A stretch of DNA of 64,000 nucleotides from Bacilli bacterium (GTDB taxonomy: Bacteria; Bacillota_I; Bacilli_A; RFN20; CAG-826): the NCBI GenBank assembly GCA_045615545.1, contig JAZLFA010000040.1, positions 13,667 to 77,666 on the forward strand. Direction: 5' to 3'. The notes under the pieces were generated by a model that was not told where the DNA came from, did no database searches, and saw nothing but the letters and a program-made list of their open reading frames with translations. The position numbers and the translations under genes were made by a program. Shown one piece after another: positions 40,940 to 49,117 of the stretch; positions within the stretch are counted from its first letter, which is position 1; every line of letters begins with the position of its first letter.

Positions 40940-41367
40940 ATTTTGTCCTGTGCAACATCACAGTTATCAAATTTAGGACATGTTGTTGAAGTACACGCCC
41001 ATTCAGCCAATCTTTGAGCATGTGGAATAAATACACGAATATCTTCTGGATTATAACCAACCTGAATCTTATGGTCATCAACCACAATAGGTCTTTTTAA
41101 TACAGTTGGGTTATTTTTAATAAAAGATATCAATTCATTGGTTGTTAAAGAATCAATATCAATACCGCTATCCTTAATTATTTTACTGCGCTTTGAAATG
41201 ATATCATCGGTGCCATTTTCGCTTTTAGAAAGCATATCTTTAAGATCGTTTTCACTTAAAGTTTTGACAGTAATATTAGTCTCAATAAAAGGAATGTTCT
41301 GTTCACGGAACCAATCTTTTACTTTTCTACAACTTGAGCAACTAGGTGTGGTATATATTTTTATCAT
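40936..41367 (-). CDS. spx: Spx/ArsC-family global transcriptional regulator with a Cys-rich C-terminal tail
   Basis: 143 aa. N-terminus IKIYTTPSCSSCRKVKDWFREQNIPFIETNI and ISKRSKI / KRPIVVDDHKIQVGYN closely match Spx. An extra tail WACTSTTCPKFDNC is present. Confidence 0.75.
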   Translation of the reverse strand: MIKIYTTPSCSSCRKVKDWFREQNIPFIETNITVKTLSENDLKDMLSKSENGTDDIISKRSKIIKDSGIDIDSLTTNELISFIKNNPTVLKRPIVVDDHKIQVGYNPEDIRVFIPHAQRLAEWACTSTTCPKFDNCDVAQDKI

Positions 41368-41459
41368 CGCAAAAATAGTTTAGTGTATTACTATGAGATA
41401 ATCAACAATAGTTGAAATCACCTAGTTATTTTTCTAATATATTTATTGAGGTAATTTTT

Positions 41460-42467
41460 ATGAGTGAAAAGATTCTTACAGGTATTAAACCGACTGGCCA
41501 ACTTACTCTTGGTAACTATTTAGGTGTGCTTAAACATCTTCCAGAAATGATGGATAGAGGTGAATGCTATATCTTTATCGCTGATCTTCACGCTCTTACA
41601 TTACCAATCGAACCTGAAGTATTAAGACAAAACAGCATCGACATTGCTTGCTTTTATTTAGCAGCAGGACTTGATCCAAAAAGAGTAACGCTATTCTTAC
41701 AAAGCAGCGTTTCAGCACACGCTGAACTCAACGCCATTATGCAAAACTATATGTATATGGGTGAACTTAGCAGAATGACTCAGTTCAAAGATGTTTGTGC
41801 TAAATTAAACTTATCAAAAGATGCAAAAGATTCCCATGTTGGCTTAGGTATATTCGCTTATCCTGTTCTTATGGCGTGCGATATTGTTTTATATGACGCT
41901 AATATCGTTCCTGTTGGTGCGGATCAATCTCAACATGTTGAGTTATGTCATGATTTAGTTAATAGATTCAATCATAAATATGGCGACATTCTAACGATGC
42001 CAAAAGCTGAAAATCAAAAAGTTGGCGCTAGAATTATGTCACTTAGTGACCCAACTAAAAAAATGAGTAAATCTGATCCAAAAGGAGATATCTTCCTTAA
42101 AGATGATTTAGCGATTGTTCGTAAAAAGATTATGTCTGCTGTTACTGATATGGGAAACGAAATTAAATTTGATCCAGAAAATAAACCTGGCATATCAAAC
42201 TTATTAACAATTTATGCAGCAACCAAAGGAATCTCAATCGAAGAAGCAGAAAAACAATTTGTTGGTTTCCGTTATGGAGACTTTAAGAAAGCTGTTGCGG
42301 ATGCGGTAGTTGAAGACTTAGGTGCCTTCCAAGAAAGATATAAAAAGATCCTTGAATCAAAGGCTTATGTTGAAGTCTTAAAACAAGGAGCAACCAAAGC
42401 AAACATAGTTGCAAATAAAACACTTAAACGTGTTAAAGAAGCTGTCGGTTTACTTAGTATCGATTAG
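41460..42467 (+). CDS. trpS: Tryptophanyl-tRNA synthetase
   Basis: Start taken at MSEKILTGIKPTG, which has a GAGGT RBS. HIGH-like TGQLTLGNY, KMSKS, and GADQ motifs. Confidence 0.9.
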   Translation: MSEKILTGIKPTGQLTLGNYLGVLKHLPEMMDRGECYIFIADLHALTLPIEPEVLRQNSIDIACFYLAAGLDPKRVTLFLQSSVSAHAELNAIMQNYMYMGELSRMTQFKDVCAKLNLSKDAKDSHVGLGIFAYPVLMACDIVLYDANIVPVGADQSQHVELCHDLVNRFNHKYGDILTMPKAENQKVGARIMSLSDPTKKMSKSDPKGDIFLKDDLAIVRKKIMSAVTDMGNEIKFDPENKPGISNLLTIYAATKGISIEEAEKQFVGFRYGDFKKAVADAVVEDLGAFQERYKKILESKAYVEVLKQGATKANIVANKTLKRVKEAVGLLSID

Positions 42468-43427
42468 TTTATCGAGCAAAGTTTTACATTCTAAAGGCAT
42501 ATCTACTTCGATATGCTTTTTATTTAAATTATTTAATGGAGCGGATAATTCACCAAAATCAATACGATTAGCAACTAGAAATTGATTCTTGAATCCATAT
42601 TCTTTTTCAATCATATGATTAAGTTCAAAATCACCATATTTATTATCGCCCACTACTGGGTGATGAATATAAGACATATGTACTCTAATTTGATGCGTCC
42701 TTCCAGACTCTAAAACCACATCTAATAAAGTGTATCCATTCATTTTTGTAATCACATGGTAATTTGTTCTAGATGGCTTTCCGCCTTCTTCAATTGGAGT
42801 AACAAACACCAAGGAAGATTTTTCATTTTTCTTTAAAGGAGCATCAATAAAACCATCTTTATCAATTTCACCTTTAACAAGTGTAATATAATGTTTGCTA
42901 ATTAATGTTTTTTCTTTAATTAATGTAAATAAATATTGTAAAACCTTAGTATTTTTACCGAAAATTACAAGTCCTGCTGTATTTCTATCTAGTCGATGAG
43001 CTGGTCCAGGAGTATAACTGTCTCCCACTTTATATTCACCTTTATAAACTAAATAAGATAAGACCATATCATCTAAAGCTTTTACTCCAGCCTTATCTTT
43101 TTGAACCAATAAGCCACGTGGTTTATTAATTATTAAAATATTGTCATCTTCATAAACAAATAATGTTTTAATTTCATCGCTAGGTTCAATCTTTTTATTT
43201 GAAGCAAATTCATCAAACTGTGCATCGGTTACATATATTGAAACAATATCACCTTGATGAATTTTTGTTTTATCTTTTTCCCAATGGTTATTTATGCGAA
43301 CATCTTTTTTTCTAAACAACTTATAAATAAAAGAACTAGGGGCGTTAGGCAAAACTTTCCTAACATATTTTTCTAAGGAAAGGCCCTCTTCTTCTTTTTT
43401 GATTGTATAGCTAACCATAAATAACAT
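42450..43427 (-). CDS. RluA-family 23S rRNA pseudouridine synthase (RluD-like) with N-terminal S4 domain
   Basis: 325 aa. HRLDRNTAGLV catalytic motif and an S4-like N-terminus. Its 3' end overlaps trpS by 18 nt (convergent). Confidence 0.8.
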   Translation of the reverse strand: MLFMVSYTIKKEEEGLSLEKYVRKVLPNAPSSFIYKLFRKKDVRINNHWEKDKTKIHQGDIVSIYVTDAQFDEFASNKKIEPSDEIKTLFVYEDDNILIINKPRGLLVQKDKAGVKALDDMVLSYLVYKGEYKVGDSYTPGPAHRLDRNTAGLVIFGKNTKVLQYLFTLIKEKTLISKHYITLVKGEIDKDGFIDAPLKKNEKSSLVFVTPIEEGGKPSRTNYHVITKMNGYTLLDVVLESGRTHQIRVHMSYIHHPVVGDNKYGDFELNHMIEKEYGFKNQFLVANRIDFGELSAPLNNLNKKHIEVDMPLECKTLLDKLIDTK

Positions 43428-43519
43428 TTTATATTATGGAAGTTTAAAAAAATAGGGTGCATATTATTTTTATTTTGATATAATAAAACACGCTAAATAA
43501 TTATGGTTCAGCACACACT

Positions 43520-43610
43520 GGAGGAATACCCAAGAGGCTGAAGGGGCGGGCTTGGAAAGCTCGTAGGCATGTAAAAGTGTGCGAGGGTTCAAATCCCTCT
43601 TCCTCCGCCA
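43520..43610 (+). tRNA. tRNA-Ser (anticodon GGA)
   Basis: Class II tRNA with acceptor GGAGGAA/TTCCTCC, anticodon loop TTGGAAA, long variable arm, T-loop GGTTCAAATCC and encoded CCA. Confidence 0.85.
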
Positions 43611-43642
43611 TTTACAAAAAAGTTCGATGAATACGAACTTTT

Positions 43643-44917
43643 TTAATTTTTAAGACTTGTTATTGGCACTACATATACGCCATCGTTTCTTCTATAAGCA
43701 GCGTTAGTTAAACCACAAATGACGCATAGCTGCCTAGCTGGTTTGCCACCTTTTTTTTCAATATTTTTATTTAAAGCAATAAGTTTTAAAGCGGCATCAT
43801 CAATTTGATTGGCGCCTAACTTAATTTCAAATGCACACCAAGAACCATCTTCAAGTTCAATCACAGAATCAATTTCGTTATTTTCGTAATCTTGGTAATG
43901 AAATAACTTTCCTCCAAAAGACTCAGCATAAGTTAATAAATCTCTCTGAACAAGTGATTCAAACATAAATCCTAATAAGTCTAAATTATTCAACAACTTT
44001 TCATGCGATAAATTTAATAAAGCACATGGTAAAGAAGGATCAACAAAATGCCTTTTTTCGCTTTGCTTAACTCGAATAGAAGACCTAATGTTTGAAGAAA
44101 AAGGAGGTATATTTTCTAGTATATATAAATTATTAAACAAATTTAGATAATCAGTAATTGTATCAACATCAATATCATGTGAATCTTTTTCTATAATGTC
44201 TCTTTTCAAAGTTGTATTTGTCACAGTTGTACATTCGTTTCTTGCTAGAGATTTTAGAAGTAACTCAATTTTGTGTTTATCTCTTTTTATATCATCAACT
44301 TTAAAAATATCTTCATTAATTACAGATTTAATGTATTCTTTACTAACTAACATACCTCGTTTAACATCTAATTCTAGTGTTGCGGGCCACCCACCGACGA
44401 CAATACAATCGATAATATCATTTATATCTACTTCATTAAGATAAACATCTTTTGCTTTTCCATAACATATATCAAGCAAAGAAATTTCACCTTTTGATTT
44501 ACCGCTCTCATATAAAGACATTGGCCTCATTTTTAAACGAGCTATTCTGCCGGTTCCAGTATGAATGTATTTATTCTTATTTATTGTCGCAGAACCAGTT
44601 AATATAAATTGCCCTTTTCTTGGATCTGAATCAACCTTCCCTCTAACGGCATCCCAAATTAAAGGTGCTTCTTGCCATTCATCTATTAATCTAGGAAAAT
44701 TACCATCCAGTATAAGGTATGGATTCATTAAAGCTAATTTTTTATTGTTAAAATTTCCTTTTGGATCAGATAACATAACTTCGCTATTAGAATTATTTTT
44801 GCTTGTCCATGTTTTTCCACACCATTTAGGACCTTCAATTAAAATAGAAGAAAATGTTGTAAGATAGAAACTTATCTTTTCATCTATTATTCTTTGCTTG
44901 TAATTTACTAATTTCAT
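43643..44917 (-). CDS. AAA-family ATPase (AAA_14) with C-terminal DUF4143 domain (putative PD-(D/E)xK nuclease fold); paralog 1
   Basis: 424 aa. Walker A GPKWCGKT, Walker B-like LILDGNF.LIDEWQ, and C-terminal EIDSVIELEDGSWCAFEIKLG (D...ExK pattern). Confidence 0.7.
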   Translation of the reverse strand: MKLVNYKQRIIDEKISFYLTTFSSILIEGPKWCGKTWTSKNNSNSEVMLSDPKGNFNNKKLALMNPYLILDGNFPRLIDEWQEAPLIWDAVRGKVDSDPRKGQFILTGSATINKNKYIHTGTGRIARLKMRPMSLYESGKSKGEISLLDICYGKAKDVYLNEVDINDIIDCIVVGGWPATLELDVKRGMLVSKEYIKSVINEDIFKVDDIKRDKHKIELLLKSLARNECTTVTNTTLKRDIIEKDSHDIDVDTITDYLNLFNNLYILENIPPFSSNIRSSIRVKQSEKRHFVDPSLPCALLNLSHEKLLNNLDLLGFMFESLVQRDLLTYAESFGGKLFHYQDYENNEIDSVIELEDGSWCAFEIKLGANQIDDAALKLIALNKNIEKKGGKPARQLCVICGLTNAAYRRNDGVYVVPITSLKN

Positions 44918-44948
44918 TTTGCAAAACCTCTGAAATTATATTATTACA

Positions 44949-45017
44949 TTCCGATAATTTAGTCAAACTTATTCCGAGAGTTTTGATAGTTTTGTTCCGA
45001 GAGATTTAGAATATCTG
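44949..45017. repeat. Three direct copies of a TTCCGA(T/G)AG-containing 23-bp unit
   Basis: TTCCGATAA at 44949, TTCCGAGAG at 44972 and 44995. The exact 23-bp spacing lies 32-100 nt upstream of the paralog-1 start (44917). Confidence 0.4.
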
Positions 45018-45110
45018 TGTAATGGCAATGTACTGGTAACCTAAAAGTAGACACACAAAATTTATTCAGTAGACACACGAATGTTAAAATGGAAACAAGG
45101 AGGATTAAAT

Positions 45111-45449
45111 ATGTGGAGAACATATCAAGAAGAAGTAGACATTGGAAACAAAGTTTTTAATCACGTAATGACAAAAACGGAAGCAATGGAACAATTTGAT
45201 TTAACAAATAACGAGCTTACAACTTGTATTAAAAAATACATGAAAGAAAACAATATTCCAATCATACCTGAAGTGCTTAATGCTATAAGCATTGAGTTTC
45301 CAAATTACTATGATTTAAGTAAAGAGGAATTGATCAAAGAAATCATGAAAAAAGACATTGAGGTTGAACGTGCAAAAAAAGGATACACAGTGAGAGGGGG
45401 TGGAAAGACAAAGGAGTTCATTTCTATAAAAGATGCGAATATCAAATAG
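45111..45449 (+). CDS. IS3-family transposase OrfA (HTH)
   Basis: Start at MWRTYQ with AAGGAGG 7 nt upstream. Small helical DNA-binding protein immediately 5' of orfB. Confidence 0.5.
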   Translation: MWRTYQEEVDIGNKVFNHVMTKTEAMEQFDLTNNELTTCIKKYMKENNIPIIPEVLNAISIEFPNYYDLSKEELIKEIMKKDIEVERAKKGYTVRGGGKTKEFISIKDANIK

Positions 45450-45451
45450 TA

Positions 45452-46051
45452 ATGCAGCTTTCAAATAAATGGCACGTAAGAGATTTATGCGATGCGATGT
45501 CTATATCAAGATCAGGCTTCTATAAATGGAGAAAAAGAATCAACAATCCATGCAAGACTGTTAAAAAACGAATGGATGATATAATTCTCTTTGAGAAATA
45601 TCACAAGAAATATCCAAGCCACGGTTATAGATGGCTTAACGCAAAAATAAGATTAGACCTAGGTTTAGTTATGTCTGATCAATATGCACATAGATGTTGT
45701 AAATTCGCTGGAATAAAATCTCAATCAAAACATTACCAATATAAAGCGCCAGGAGAAAATAGAAGAGTCTTTGAAAACATGGTTATGTCATCCATAAAAA
45801 TGGATGGCCCATTACAAGTTGTGGTCTCAGATATGACAGCCTTCTGGGCAAATAAAACATATTGGGAATTAACTTTATATATGGATTTGTGGAATGATGA
45901 AATCATAGGCTATGGTTTATCAAGCCGAAGAGGTGATAGAAACACTTATTTCGAAGGATTAAAACAAGTTTGTGAAAAAATAAAAGGAATAGAAGGTCTT
46001 GAGTTGATTTTGCACACAGATTGGATAAGTATTGCAACAGGAATTTTTTAA
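45452..46051 (+). pseudogene. IS3-family transposase OrfB, 3'-truncated (no DDE glutamate region)
   Basis: SRSGFYKWRKR, YPSHGYRWLNAKI, VVSDMTAF (first D) and LYMDLWNDEIIGY (second D) match IS150-like OrfB. The ORF stops at 199 aa against about 280 expected. Confidence 0.65.
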
Positions 46052-46340
46052 ATATAAGTATTGCATAGCAAAAAGAGGCTAGATTTAGCCATTTTTTATT
46101 TTTTTGTCATATAATTACTATTGTTGGATTGTAAAAACTTCTCGCTTAGAACATACCGCATATATGATTCTAGCAAGCTTAAAGACCCAATCACCGACTG
46201 GTCTAGAACATAAGGAAGAAACATAGTACATCAGAAAGAAGAAATTCGTTCTCCACTACGGCATTTACATAAATTAAAAAGACTCCAAAATGAGTCTGTT
46301 GATGGCTTCGGCCATCTTTTCTTTTGCTTTTTGAGACCTT

Positions 46341-46398
46341 ACGTGTCCTAACATTTAGTCTTAAAAGTGCTTACGTGCCCTAACATTTAAGGACATTC
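46341..46398. repeat. Two adjacent copies of the 20-26 bp motif ACGTG(T/C)CCTAACATTTA(A/G) (third copy at 48023-48048)
   Basis: 46341-46360 ACGTGTCCTAACATTTAGTC. 46373-46398 ACGTGCCCTAACATTTAAGGACATTC. 48023-48048 ACGTGTCCTAACATTTAAGGACATTC. The motif contains the hairpin GTCCT-aacattta-AGGAC. Confidence 0.55.
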
Positions 46399-46426
46399 AC
46401 AAAAAAGTTCGATAAATCGGACTTTT

Positions 46427-47713
46427 TTAATTTTTTAAACAAGCAAGAGGGACTTCATAAACTCCATCTTCTCTCTTTAAAGCAGCTACTCCTTTAGTTA
46501 TAACCATTAAAAAAGCAGGTTTTCCAGTTTTTTCTTTATCAATATCGTTGGAAATTTTAATTAATTTTTTTGCTGCCTCATCAATATCTTCTTGATCAGT
46601 AAGTTTGACTTCGATTAATGCCCAACTGCCATCTCTAAATTGAATAACAGCATCTGCTTCGCGATCCATTTGATCTTTATAATGATAAACATTTGCTCCA
46701 AAAGTATCACAGTATATTCTTAAATCACGAATTGCTAATGATTCAAACAAAAATCCAAAAGTATTCATATCACTAAATAACCCTTTTGGACCAATCCCAA
46801 GTGAAGCGGCCGCAATAGAAGGATCAACAAAATGTCTAGTATTTTTTGATCTAATTGAAACTTTGCTTCTTAGATTAGGATTCCAAGCCTCCAATTCCTC
46901 TACAACATATAGTCTTTTAAGAGCAAGTAAATACTTCTCAAATGTTTTTACATCAAAAGAATTATCATTAGATGCAACATCATTTACAATGACACTATCT
47001 GCGCACTGAGATCCAATATTTCTTGAATATGAACGCATTATTTTTTTTGCTTTATTTACATCTTTTCTTATTTTAATATCTTTTAGTGAAAATAAATCCT
47101 CATTTACAACAGCATCATAAAAATCTATAACTTGTTGTAATGCAACATCTTTTTCTTGATTAATTGATAATGGCCATCCGCCACGACAAATATAATATGT
47201 GTAGTCTTCAATTGTTTTATTAGATAAACATGGTTCAAATATGCCTTCTTTTAAATTAAGTAACGAAACTTTTCCGTTACTATCTCCGCTTTCAAACAAA
47301 GACATAGGTCTCATCATTTTTCTCACAATTCTTCCTGCACCAGTATGCCTTTCGCCATTATTCTTTGAAATGGTTTTATCGGTAATACTTCCTGTTAATA
47401 TAAATTGTCCAAAAGATCCGCTCTTATCAACTTGGTCTTTTATAGAATTCCAAATAAAAGATATTTCCTGCCATTCGTCTATCATAAGTGGTTTTTCACC
47501 TTGTTGCAAAAAAATAGTTGGCGAAGCTTTTGCCAAATCAATATATTGTTGTTTTGTTTCTTCTATTGTTAAATCGATAATAGTTTTTGCTTGTCTAGCT
47601 GAAGTTGTTGATTTGCCACACCATTTAGGGCCAACCACCAATACAGCTCCTTTTGATTTAAGCGAAAATCTTAACGTTTCATCAAACAATCTTGGTATAT
47701 AATTTTTTTCCAT
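46427..47713 (-). CDS. AAA-family ATPase (AAA_14) with C-terminal DUF4143 domain; paralog 2
   Basis: 428 aa. Walker A GPKWCGKS, MIDEWQ, and C-terminal EADAVIQFRDGSWALIEVKLT. About 40-45% identical to paralog 1 by eye. Confidence 0.7.
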   Translation of the reverse strand: MEKNYIPRLFDETLRFSLKSKGAVLVVGPKWCGKSTTSARQAKTIIDLTIEETKQQYIDLAKASPTIFLQQGEKPLMIDEWQEISFIWNSIKDQVDKSGSFGQFILTGSITDKTISKNNGERHTGAGRIVRKMMRPMSLFESGDSNGKVSLLNLKEGIFEPCLSNKTIEDYTYYICRGGWPLSINQEKDVALQQVIDFYDAVVNEDLFSLKDIKIRKDVNKAKKIMRSYSRNIGSQCADSVIVNDVASNDNSFDVKTFEKYLLALKRLYVVEELEAWNPNLRSKVSIRSKNTRHFVDPSIAAASLGIGPKGLFSDMNTFGFLFESLAIRDLRIYCDTFGANVYHYKDQMDREADAVIQFRDGSWALIEVKLTDQEDIDEAAKKLIKISNDIDKEKTGKPAFLMVITKGVAALKREDGVYEVPLACLKN

Positions 47714-47766
47714 ATTAAATTATCCTCAAAGGTATGATACATCATTAATAAATTAATGTAAATACT

Positions 47767-47832
47767 AAATCCCAAAAATGTAAGTAAATAAATCCCAGAA
47801 ATGTAAGTAAATAAATCCCAAAAATATAAAAT
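47767..47832. repeat. 23-bp tandem direct repeat, 2.8 copies (AAATCCCARAAATGTAAGTAAAT)
   Basis: Units at 47767, 47790 and 47813, the last degenerate. They sit between the HTH mini-gene stop and the paralog-2 start. Confidence 0.65.
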
Positions 47833-47945
47833 TACTTAATATGTTTTATAGCACCATTGATTTTTTTAGATGAACAATAATTACGTGCAGTTCTTTCTGA
47901 GATATTCCATTTTTCTGAATATTTTTTAACTGATATAAATTTCAT
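47832..47945 (-). CDS. 37-aa helix-turn-helix protein (AlpA/excisionase-like HTH_17), absent from the ORF track
   Basis: The minus-strand frame translates to MKFISVKKYSEKWNISERTARNYCSSKKINGAIKHIK. ISERTARNY is a typical phage Xis/AlpA recognition-helix motif. Confidence 0.4.
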   Translation of the reverse strand: MKFISVKKYSEKWNISERTARNYCSSKKINGAIKHIK

Positions 47946-48214
47946 GCTTTGGTAATACCATCAGACGGCAAGAAGTTCAATACTTTAATAAAGTTTTATT
48001 TTTTATGCCGTTTACAATTCATACGTGTCCTAACATTTAAGGACATTCTTGATTGCAAATACACATGAAATGTCGTGTGTATTTTTATTTTGTAATATTA
48101 ATGAAATTTGCTTGCAAATAAATGACTTATTAATATTATTTGTTGCTTTTTATCGCAAAGACTATCAAAAAGAGGCATAATTATATTATGCTAATCAAAA
48201 AGGAAGTTAAATGA

Positions 48215-49117
48215 ATGACTAATTATAAAATCATTACCGATAGTTCCAGTGATATTCCAACTGACATAAGAGAAAAACACGGAATTGACTATTTTCAAAT
48301 GGGTATTGTCGTAGATGGCGAACAAATGCCAGCGGATTTAGATTGGAAAACATATACTCCAGATGAACTATATGGTTGGTTATCTGCAGGAAGAAAATTA
48401 AAAACAAACCTTATTACAGTAGAAACATTTATTAATAAAATTAAGCAATACTTTGAAAAGGGTATCGATGTTTTATATCTTGGTTGCTCAACCGCATTAA
48501 CCGGATCATTAAACAGTTTTAATTTAGCAAAAGAAATATTAATGGAAGAATATCCTTCTAGAAGAATGGAAGCAGTACAAACTTATGCTGCAGCAGCAAC
48601 ATTAGGTATGTTAGTTGTGGATGCAGCAAGAGAGCAAGAAAAGGGCGCTGATATCGACACCGTTATGAAATGGGTTGAAGATCATCGTTTCTTCTATAAC
48701 CAATTCTGCACAGTTGATACATTAACTTTCTTAAAAGATGCTGGAAGAATTAAAGGCACAGCTGCTTTCTTCGGAAATATTGTTGGTGTTAAACCTGTCT
48801 TTATTTCGGATCGAAAAGGAAATAATCTTGTTATCGAAAAACTTAGAGGTACAAAAGCGAGTTTGAATGCTATATATCAACATATTATGGATGTAATTGA
48901 TCTCAATCACGCATCTAGAGTTGTTATTGCTCATTCCGGAGTAAGTGATCGCGCTGAATTGTTAAAAGCGCGTTTCTTGGAAGCTGGAATAAAAGAAGTA
49001 ATTATTGTTCCACTTGGACCAATTATTGGAATTACTTGTGGGCCAGGCACAATATCAACCTTCTGTTATGGTAAAGAAGTTACCAGATACGAAGGCGACG
49101 GAATTAGTGTTAAATAG
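48215..49117 (+). CDS. DegV-family fatty-acid-binding protein
   Basis: 300 aa. N-terminus YKIITDSSSDIP and the DegV fold pattern. Confidence 0.85.
   Translation: MTNYKIITDSSSDIPTDIREKHGIDYFQMGIVVDGEQMPADLDWKTYTPDELYGWLSAGRKLKTNLITVETFINKIKQYFEKGIDVLYLGCSTALTGSLNSFNLAKEILMEEYPSRRMEAVQTYAAAATLGMLVVDAAREQEKGADIDTVMKWVEDHRFFYNQFCTVDTLTFLKDAGRIKGTAAFFGNIVGVKPVFISDRKGNNLVIEKLRGTKASLNAIYQHIMDVIDLNHASRVVIAHSGVSDRAELLKARFLEAGIKEVIIVPLGPIIGITCGPGTISTFCYGKEVTRYEGDGISVK

Larger units (their letters stand above)
45029..46051 (+). mobile_element. IS3-family (IS150-group) insertion sequence remnant: left end + orfA + 5' two-thirds of orfB; right end missing
   Basis: Left terminus TGTACTGGTAACC matches the IS150-type IRL start TGTACTG. 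orfB homology ends near 46020 with no right inverted repeat found. Confidence 0.6.

Noticed and set aside
41368-41459. T-box leader upstream of trpS (and upstream of proS)
   Set aside because: The trpS leader is about 90 nt, far shorter than a T-box. No specifier-loop or T-box consensus (AATTAGGGTGGNACCGCG-like) was found. proS directly follows the preceding gene.
43611-43642. Direct repeat of the tRNA-Ser 3' end marking an integrase-mediated island boundary
   Set aside because: I could not find a second copy of the tRNA 3' terminal sequence downstream. Only the post-tRNA terminator hairpin is duplicated (46401-46438), and no integrase gene is present.
45452-46051. Intact IS3 transposase
   Set aside because: The ORF stops about 80 codons early, the third catalytic residue region and right inverted repeat are absent, and no continuing homology was found in other frames.
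47767-47832. Possible CRISPR array
   Set aside because: The repeats are contiguous 23-bp AT-rich units with no intervening spacers, and no cas genes are present. It is a tandem repeat, not CRISPR.
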